Positions 58,394 to 64,000 of a stretch of 64,000 bases of DNA are shown in pieces. Within the stretch, counting starts at the first letter, position 1. Every line of letters starts with the position of its first letter. The notes under the pieces are model-generated. The model searched no databases, was not told where the DNA came from, and saw only the letters and a program-made list of their open reading frames with translations. Source of the DNA: a virus; the IMG/VR virus record IMGVR_UViG_3300042691_053605, positions 32,001-96,000 of that record; one strand, written 5' to 3'. The position numbers were made by a program, and so were the translations under genes.

Positions 58394-58901
58394 TTTTTCC
58401 TCTTTTTTTCTTGGTGACTGCATCCACTTTTTGTTTAACTATTAATCTGATTTGATCCATTACGGAATCATTGTTTACCGAGCGTACCAAATAATTTGCG
58501 ATATGAGTGTCGCCTCCATTATATGAATCCACAATAACTTTTATGAGTTCGTCAGATGGCATATCTAAATCCAGAGTAATCTGCATTTTGGTCTTCTTTT
58601 TCTTACTCATTTCCAATAAGTCATATACCGGATTGAGTTCAGCTGGCGGCTGTGTTTTTGCTTCTTTCTTTACCACTTCTTCCTGACGAGGAGCTTTAAC
58701 GGGTTCAGGTTCCGGCAGATACGGTGCTTCCGCTGGATTACTAATAGGAAGAATCCATTCTCCTACTAATTGAGTATTACATTGGCTGCCATCTTCAAAT
58801 ACAAAAAACTCCATGTTATCATCGTTAATTGTAGTCACGGCTGTAACAATTTTCCCCATTTGGTCGCCGCGAACCCATTGGAACATTTGTGGTTTATCCA
58901 T
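58386..58901 (-). CDS. Hypothetical protein (likely start MDKPQ)
   Basis: 3' part of ORF 58386..59213; the start lies just after the stop of the upstream gene. Confidence 0.6.
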   Translation of the reverse strand: MDKPQMFQWVRGDQMGKIVTAVTTINDDNMEFFVFEDGSQCNTQLVGEWILPISNPAEAPYLPEPEPVKAPRQEEVVKKEAKTQPPAELNPVYDLLEMSKKKKTKMQITLDLDMPSDELIKVIVDSYNGGDTHIANYLVRSVNNDSVMDQIRLIVKQKVDAVTKKKRGKNE

Positions 58902-58905
58902 CTTA

Positions 58906-59232
58906 TTATAGTTTAACATAACTGTTGTATTCTTTCGTGTACTCATATACCCATTCAGCCGTAATGCCTTGCACAGTCCAACCCAGCATTTCTTCGCGAA
59001 AGTTTTCCAAAAACTCTCTGAAATACTTTCCTGGATCGCCGTTTGACTGATAGGTAAATTGGGAAACTGGGAGCTTAAAGGTGTGCCTGGTGCCTTTAAC
59101 CCGCCAGAATAGGTACTGAGCATTTCCAATGTTTTCATACCCAAATTCGATTGTGAGTGGTTCCCATCCATCGGGTTCAACATGGTATTCTCCTGTGTAA
59201 TCAAGTTCATCAAAATTCTTATGAAACGGCAT
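58906..59232 (-). CDS. Hypothetical protein (likely start MPFHK)
   Basis: Globular-looking composition; tiles between its neighbours. Confidence 0.55.
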   Translation of the reverse strand: MPFHKNFDELDYTGEYHVEPDGWEPLTIEFGYENIGNAQYLFWRVKGTRHTFKLPVSQFTYQSNGDPGKYFREFLENFREEMLGWTVQGITAEWVYEYTKEYNSYVKL

Positions 59233-59491
59233 TTTCTTCTGAAGATTTCTTAACGTGTTCTTCCTCAAGTGCTTTTAGCATCATTTCCATAATATCACCG
59301 ATTCCTGAATTGTGGTTTTCTGCCATTGCCTCGATATCCTGTCTCATCATTCGGATGTTTGCAAGACCTTTTTCTCCGTGATTAATTTGAATAATCACAC
59401 TATCCCAATCGGAATACGCTTTGTTTTTAAGTGCTTCTTGTTTAAGATCAAACTCAGCCTTTTCCTCTTCGAATGTTTTCTTTTTAGCCAT
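59219..59491 (-). CDS. Hypothetical protein (likely start MAKKK)
   Basis: Downstream of a class B motif. Confidence 0.55.
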   Translation of the reverse strand: MAKKKTFEEEKAEFDLKQEALKNKAYSDWDSVIIQINHGEKGLANIRMMRQDIEAMAENHNSGIGDIMEMMLKALEEEHVKKSSEENAVS

Positions 59492-59510
59492 AGTAGTATG
59501 TTTACTATAT

Positions 59511-59536
59511 TTATATTCGCTCATAGAAAAAAGTTT
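59511..59536 (-). promoter_or_regulatory. Class B promoter-like motif
   Basis: AAACTTTTTTCTATGAGCG-AATATAA. Confidence 0.6.
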
Positions 59537-59544
59537 CAGGGCAT

Positions 59545-59579
59545 AAAAAAGCCTTGAACACTGGTAAAAGTTCAAGGCT
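59545..59579 (-). terminator. Rho-independent terminator
   Basis: 10-bp stem AGCCTTGAAC / GTTCAAGGCT with a 10-nt loop, followed by a T-run on the minus strand. Confidence 0.75.
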
Positions 59580-59599
59580 AAGATTAGTGACCTTAGTTT

Positions 59600-60427
59600 T
59601 TATAGCTTTACTTCTGGCTTAATAACCCCACTTGTATATGCGCCAATAAAAATTTCATTTTTTTGCACATTTTTAATTGCAATAATTTCGCCATCTTTAG
59701 CAGGCTGTTGGTTATTTCGTATGAATATAATCGGATGATTTTTGAAGTAGTTTTCGTATGCGACTTCTTGAAACTTTGCTTCAAGATTAGACCATCCTTG
59801 AGGATCATTTCTTTTAATAACATCAATATCGCCTTTATTAAATTCTTTGGTCTTTTTAATACCGTTTTTGTCAAGTAGATCTGCAAATTCTTGAATAATT
59901 GGCATCACCTTATCGGGAAATGTTCCGCCCATCTTAAAATTTGAAGCAACATTAGCGGAAGAAACATATACCGCTTTCAGCTCATAAGTAGTACCGCCTG
60001 ATGAAATATCAGCGCCTGCACTACTGCCACCGCCGATAACAGCATCATTAACCAAAAAGTAAATTAAAACTTCGCCAGGACCAATTCCACCAACTTTATA
60101 TTTGAAAAGATTTGTAAATCCTTGCGCGTTCTCAGATCTCAATTCCCCGATTAATTTATTTATGCCAGCCATATCTACTGATCCCAATGTTGTACTTAAA
60201 TCAAACTTTGGAAAAAAGTACTTTTTGAAAAGATACTGAATTGCTTTTTTGTAAGTAACAGTTTTGAAGTCTGCCTCTGTAAGATTAAATCCAGAAACTT
60301 TTTCTGCTCGCGCTAAAAATTTCATATCCTCTTCACCAAGTTCAAGATTTTCAAGAATACCGCGAAAGTACTCTTCACGATTTGCTTCTTCGGTAATAAT
60401 GAAATTTTTGTAATCAAGTAAGCTCAT
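59600..60427 (-). CDS. Putative PD-(D/E)XK-fold protein with capsid-targeting-like N-terminus
   Basis: MSLLDYKNFIITEE start; GIGPGE...GADI...YELKA resembles the E...D...ExK nuclease signature. Confidence 0.5.
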   Translation of the reverse strand: MSLLDYKNFIITEEANREEYFRGILENLELGEEDMKFLARAEKVSGFNLTEADFKTVTYKKAIQYLFKKYFFPKFDLSTTLGSVDMAGINKLIGELRSENAQGFTNLFKYKVGGIGPGEVLIYFLVNDAVIGGGSSAGADISSGGTTYELKAVYVSSANVASNFKMGGTFPDKVMPIIQEFADLLDKNGIKKTKEFNKGDIDVIKRNDPQGWSNLEAKFQEVAYENYFKNHPIIFIRNNQQPAKDGEIIAIKNVQKNEIFIGAYTSGVIKPEVKL

Positions 60428-60490
60428 TCTGCGGTTGTCTTTTTTTCTTTTTATATTATCCTTAACACAAATAAAGAGTGATCACTACGA

Positions 60491-60709
60491 TCACTCTATA
60501 ACTATCTCGGGTCCACCGATGTACTCTACAATACCGCTTTTTGAAACGGATCTAATTTCATAATCAAAGGTGGTTCCTCTAAATTTTTCTCGTACTTTTG
60601 CCTGAGACTCTTCAATTGTCTCTGCATTTACAAGATAAGTTTCTGTAATGGTACGAACTTTACCATCATCATCGTAACTTGTTTTTACTCTTACTGTCCA
60701 GTGAGCCAT
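60491..60709 (-). CDS. DUF4494-like protein
   Basis: W.VRVK..DDDGKVRTITETYLVNAETIEESQAKV matches the Bacteroidota DUF4494 pattern as recalled. Confidence 0.7.
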   Translation of the reverse strand: MAHWTVRVKTSYDDDGKVRTITETYLVNAETIEESQAKVREKFRGTTFDYEIRSVSKSGIVEYIGGPEIVIE

Positions 60710-60735
60710 ATTATTGTGTTTTAAGGGTTGTCTGT

Positions 60736-60744
60736 TTATTTATC
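60736..60744 (-). promoter_or_regulatory. Class A motif (GATAAATAA)
   Basis: Overlaps the PAP2 stop codon, upstream of the DUF4494-like gene. Confidence 0.4.
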
Positions 60745-61609
60745 CTTGCAAGAGATTGTTTTCAAAAATGATATTGCAAATTTCTCGTGATATCTGTGTA
60801 TCGGAAGGATAATGAATTCCGGTAACTTCTCGGCTGCGTGCTACTCTTTCTCCCAAATCTTTTAATTCCTTTTTAATCTTGGGATATTTTCTTGAGTAAT
60901 ACTCACTCATTACAAATCCGGTTAGCGCATGACCGCTGGGATACGCCGCAGTCATTGCATCTGTTCTGATTAGCGGATAAAGAGGATAGTTGCAACATTT
61001 TGCTAATTGATAAGGCCTTGGGCGATTGATTATGTCTTTTAGAAAATAGAGAATTCCATCTGGCTGAGAGTCAATTCGGAAATACCCACCCATATCTTCC
61101 TCATAGCCGTTTTCTTTTAAGAGATCAATAAAAGACTGCGCTAAATTACTCACATCATCTACATATCTTGCAAAAGTTATCTCCTCAGCGGTGGCTTCTG
61201 CTGTAAGTTTAACCAGGGTTTCTAAATCCTTTTTTGTGGTTTCACTATCATTGGCAGGAGCGGTTGCACGCATTCTTTCGCAAATACCTTTTTCAATAAA
61301 CCAGTTCTTAATCGGATCGTCAGCCTTTTGTGAAATTTCAAAAAGTTCCATTGGAGGATTTCCGTATTGCACAGAATTAACATCGATACCCTCATCAGTA
61401 ACTCCCATTTGAGCCTCATAGAGATCGGTTTTCTTCTTCTTGCCTTTATCCGGCCCACCCTCATGCGGAATCATACCTTGTGCAATTAGAGAAGTTCTAA
61501 CGCCAAACGGTATTTCCTTTCCGTCCTCGTATTCTTTTTTGTACTTTTGTAAAGTTTCATCTGAATACGGAGATTCTTTCTCTGTTATGAATTCTTTGTA
61601 GTTTTTCAT
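60740..61609 (-). CDS. PAP2-superfamily phosphatase with capsid-targeting-like N-terminus
   Basis: C1 KDIINRPRP, C2 YPSGH, C3 SREVTGIHYPSD; start MKNYKEFITE. Confidence 0.85.
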   Translation of the reverse strand: MKNYKEFITEKESPYSDETLQKYKKEYEDGKEIPFGVRTSLIAQGMIPHEGGPDKGKKKKTDLYEAQMGVTDEGIDVNSVQYGNPPMELFEISQKADDPIKNWFIEKGICERMRATAPANDSETTKKDLETLVKLTAEATAEEITFARYVDDVSNLAQSFIDLLKENGYEEDMGGYFRIDSQPDGILYFLKDIINRPRPYQLAKCCNYPLYPLIRTDAMTAAYPSGHALTGFVMSEYYSRKYPKIKKELKDLGERVARSREVTGIHYPSDTQISREICNIIFENNLLQG

Positions 61610-61902
61610 TTATCAAGTAGGTCTTCTCTACCAAGTTGTTTGTAAACCTCTTGGCGGGTTTTTTCCATTTTTTCTGCGTACTCGGGATCGGATTTGCGGT
61701 TAAACACAATTTGTTGTGTAAGACTTCCGCTAATCTTTTTTAAGTCTTTTTTGCGTGTTTTAATCAGCCAGGCTGCAAGATCTTTAATACTTAAATCACG
61801 AAAACGGCCTTCTGCATCCGGAGCATCACTGTCTTTCCAATCTGGAGCGTTAGCAGGTTTTTTCTCTGCTAACCAACTTTCATATAGTTTTACGTACATC
61901 AT
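61606..61902 (-). CDS. Small protein with capsid-targeting-like N-terminus
   Basis: MMYVKLYESWLAE. Confidence 0.65.
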   Translation of the reverse strand: MMYVKLYESWLAEKKPANAPDWKDSDAPDAEGRFRDLSIKDLAAWLIKTRKKDLKKISGSLTQQIVFNRKSDPEYAEKMEKTRQEVYKQLGREDLLDK

Positions 61903-62444
61903 TTAGGTATTCCGATAAGAACTTTTGTTTTCATTGGACCGCCGGTGAGTTTTCTGTCGTAACTGCCATCAGGATTCATTTTGATATCCTTGTTTAGCAC
62001 TTTACGAATTTCTTTCTCATCTTTGATATGGGTCAACCCAAATTTTTGTGCAAGATCTGGATCAACCTCGGCGTAAAAGCCTCTGGTTTTCATCAGTTCA
62101 ATCATTTTTAGTACTGCATCCTTCTTTGCCTGTGTACCACCGTCCTGACCCATTACAGTCATTTTTACTCCATGCGGTGTTGGTTTACCACCAAGTACTA
62201 CATCCGCGTCAGGATCGGTATCAACATCTTTTGCAATCCAATAAGTAACATCAGAACCTTTAAGATCTGAACCTTTTTTGAATTCCACGTTTCCGCCTTT
62301 ACCTGCATACGCCTTATTAATAAGATCCACAATTTCATCAGCGTAATCCAGCAGCTCTGATTGCGGTATATCCACAAATATTTGTTTAGGATGTGCATCC
62401 GCAAAACTTTCAGCTAGCCAAGAGGCATAATTTAGAATTTTCAT
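61899..62444 (-). CDS. Hypothetical protein with capsid-targeting-like N-terminus (possibly GNAT-like fold)
   Basis: MKILNYASWLAES; DLINKAYAGKGG and MGQDGG..AKK. Confidence 0.6.
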   Translation of the reverse strand: MKILNYASWLAESFADAHPKQIFVDIPQSELLDYADEIVDLINKAYAGKGGNVEFKKGSDLKGSDVTYWIAKDVDTDPDADVVLGGKPTPHGVKMTVMGQDGGTQAKKDAVLKMIELMKTRGFYAEVDPDLAQKFGLTHIKDEKEIRKVLNKDIKMNPDGSYDRKLTGGPMKTKVLIGIPK

Positions 62445-62447
62445 ACC

Positions 62448-62456
62448 TTATTTATC
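62448..62456 (-). promoter_or_regulatory. Class A motif (GATAAATAA)
   Basis: 3 nt upstream of the ATG at 62444; heads the capsid-targeting-like gene cluster. Confidence 0.45.
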
Positions 62457-63060
62457 TTGGAGTAGTAATGTCCTTAGACTCTAGCAGAGTATATGTAAAT
62501 GAGTTGCCCCACAGATTTTTTGCGGATCTGCAAATTTCCATAAAGGTGTAAAAGTCTTTTTTCCTCTTAAACACTTGGCAGCCTTCTGACCAGTTTTCTA
62601 CATAGGTTGAATCTTCACCAGCATGATGGATATTAATTCCAAACCCGGTTCCTTCGTCATATAAAGTGCCATCAAATACCATATCGCGGTCAGAATCCCG
62701 GTAAACTTTAAGAAGACCTTTTTGACGCAGGGCTTCATAGTTTTTATGTGGACCTATCATATGAGAGCCAGGGTACTGACCCGGAATTAACCGGGCCACA
62801 CCTTGACGATTTCCATATTCCATGACACCTTTTTTCCCAGGATCTGTGGTAATAATCCACTCATGGTATTTCCACACTTCATTAATTTTGTACACAAGAC
62901 ACATTCTGTCGTCAAACAAATTCGTTACCGCATTTCCTACATCACTATTCCGAACTCCTACTATATTAAGATTGTAATTTCCTTCGTCAAACCAACGGTA
63001 GCCTTTTGACTTTACCGTGGCCTCAATTTGCCCGTGTGTCCAATTCATTGAAGTTTCCAT
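62452..63060 (-). CDS. YkuD/L,D-transpeptidase-like cysteine enzyme
   Basis: INIHHAGEDSTYVENWSEGCQV resembles H-x(n)-S-x-G-C; coupled to the endolysin gene. Confidence 0.6.
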   Translation of the reverse strand: METSMNWTHGQIEATVKSKGYRWFDEGNYNLNIVGVRNSDVGNAVTNLFDDRMCLVYKINEVWKYHEWIITTDPGKKGVMEYGNRQGVARLIPGQYPGSHMIGPHKNYEALRQKGLLKVYRDSDRDMVFDGTLYDEGTGFGINIHHAGEDSTYVENWSEGCQVFKRKKDFYTFMEICRSAKNLWGNSFTYTLLESKDITTPR

Positions 63061-63896
63061 TATTTTAGAAGCGCGTAATACTCTTTGAAATGCTTAATGC
63101 GGTCAGCCAATCCAATGGTTCCACCGTTAACTCTTTTAGTTACCGCTGTTACTGTTGCGTCATCCGCGCCTTTATCACAAATACTCCACAATTTGTTGGA
63201 ATCAAAGAAAAAAGCAGCAGAAGCCAGCGCATATTTAGAAGCAACTAAATCAGGAGCGGCTACGCAGTCTTCTCCAATAAACTTAGTAAAGGCAGTATAG
63301 TTACTTTTACCAGTCAATTGGATATATCCACGACCGCGGTAGTTCCAACCATCTTTGGAAGCCTCGTCTCCGTTACCCATACGGCTTGCGTATACTCGAG
63401 CGGCAATTTTTTCCGGTTGACGAGCATAAGAGGCGGAAAGATCTCCAGGAAAGTATTTTCCAAAAATCTTCTTTAGCCCATCTGCACTGTAATTAAGATT
63501 TTCAGCAACCGCCTTAAATCCTCCACTTTCATGTCCACACTGGGCTAAGAAATGTGCAAGTCTAAGACTGTTAGTGATATTAAATTTTGCAGCAGTGTCA
63601 GGAATTTGAGCAAGTACAGCGTCAGGAATATGTCCTTTTAATTTGTCTAACTTAAATCCGGAAGCTGATGGAGCAGCCGCAACTGGAGCCGCTGTTTCAG
63701 CAACATGAACTGCGCCAAGACCCATACGTTCCCATGTGGCGTTACCAACAATACCGTCAGCAGACAATCCGTGTTTTTCTTGCCATATCTTTACAGCAGC
63801 CTCGGTGCCAGGACCGAAAGCTCCATCATCAGCAAGTCCTAAAAATCTTTGAAGAGACTTTACCTCTTCGCCAGATGATCCTTTTTTCAATAACAT
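63060..63896 (-). CDS. Endolysin: peptidoglycan-binding domain plus GH19 domain
   Basis: LKKGSSGEEVKSLQ...DGIVGNATW PG-binding domain; FLAQCGHESGGF, YRGRGYIQLTGKSNY, VTKRVNGG. Confidence 0.93.
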   Translation of the reverse strand: MLLKKGSSGEEVKSLQRFLGLADDGAFGPGTEAAVKIWQEKHGLSADGIVGNATWERMGLGAVHVAETAAPVAAAPSASGFKLDKLKGHIPDAVLAQIPDTAAKFNITNSLRLAHFLAQCGHESGGFKAVAENLNYSADGLKKIFGKYFPGDLSASYARQPEKIAARVYASRMGNGDEASKDGWNYRGRGYIQLTGKSNYTAFTKFIGEDCVAAPDLVASKYALASAAFFFDSNKLWSICDKGADDATVTAVTKRVNGGTIGLADRIKHFKEYYALLK

Positions 63897-63911
63897 ATTT
63901 GATTGTTTATT

Positions 63912-64000
63912 TTAGCATTCACAAGGTTCTTGACCACAATTAGGGCAAGTAGAATCAACAGAAACCACTTCAGCAGCCTCCTCCTTTTTTACCGGTGTGG
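63912..64000 (-). CDS. C-terminus of an upstream gene (partial) ending in CPNCGQEPCEC
   Basis: Manual translation ...TPVKKEEAAEVVSVDSTCPNCGQEPCEC*. Confidence 0.5.
   Translation of the reverse strand, partial: TPVKKEEAAEVVSVDSTCPNCGQEPCEC

Noticed and set aside
58902-59213. Dual coding: 104-codon upstream extension of ORF 58386..59213 over ORF 58906..59232
   Set aside because: Genes tile cleanly using the ATG at 58901, and the extension looks non-globular. It is probably a chance open frame, though not strictly excluded.
1-64000. Stop-codon reassignment as in Lak or some crAss-like phages
   Set aside because: Multi-kb ORFs are intact in code 11, and TAA, TAG and TGA all end genes at sensible boundaries.
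1-64000. tRNAs, CRISPR arrays, introns/inteins, DGR or retron elements
   Set aside because: Intergenic gaps are very short. I recognised no cloverleaf, repeat-spacer array, reverse transcriptase or intein motifs by eye; a subtle element could have been missed.

Overview
This is a gene-dense, AT-rich segment, almost all on the minus strand, of a large T4-like (myovirus) jumbo-phage genome read in the standard genetic code. The host is most likely in the Bacteroidota, based on a DUF4494-like gene, A-rich leaders without Shine-Dalgarno sites and Bacteroidota-type fibre and membrane motifs. In window order it contains: (1) a replication/recombination block (UvsW, PD-(D/E)XK exonuclease, UvsY, primase, gp32-type SSB, RuvC-like resolvase); (2) very large virion and fibre genes; (3) an accessory island (NEIL1-like glycosylase, stand-alone 3'-5' exonuclease, GT2, vSET-like methyltransferase, PhoH, HAD); (4) a baseplate/neck module (gp7-, gp6-, gp25-, gp13-, gp5-, gp27-, gp53-, gp48/54-like) with an amidoligase and a ribosomal S1 homolog embedded in it; (5) small genes with T4 capsid-targeting-like N-termini; (6) lysis genes. 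The main leads are a set of putatively capsid-packaged enzymes, a tube-like protein with about 26 15-residue repeats that may be a segmented tail ruler, two distinct promoter motif classes, an S1/amidoligase/basic-peptide unit, and a repeat leader on the SSB gene. All family assignments come from motif recognition by eye; no searches were run.
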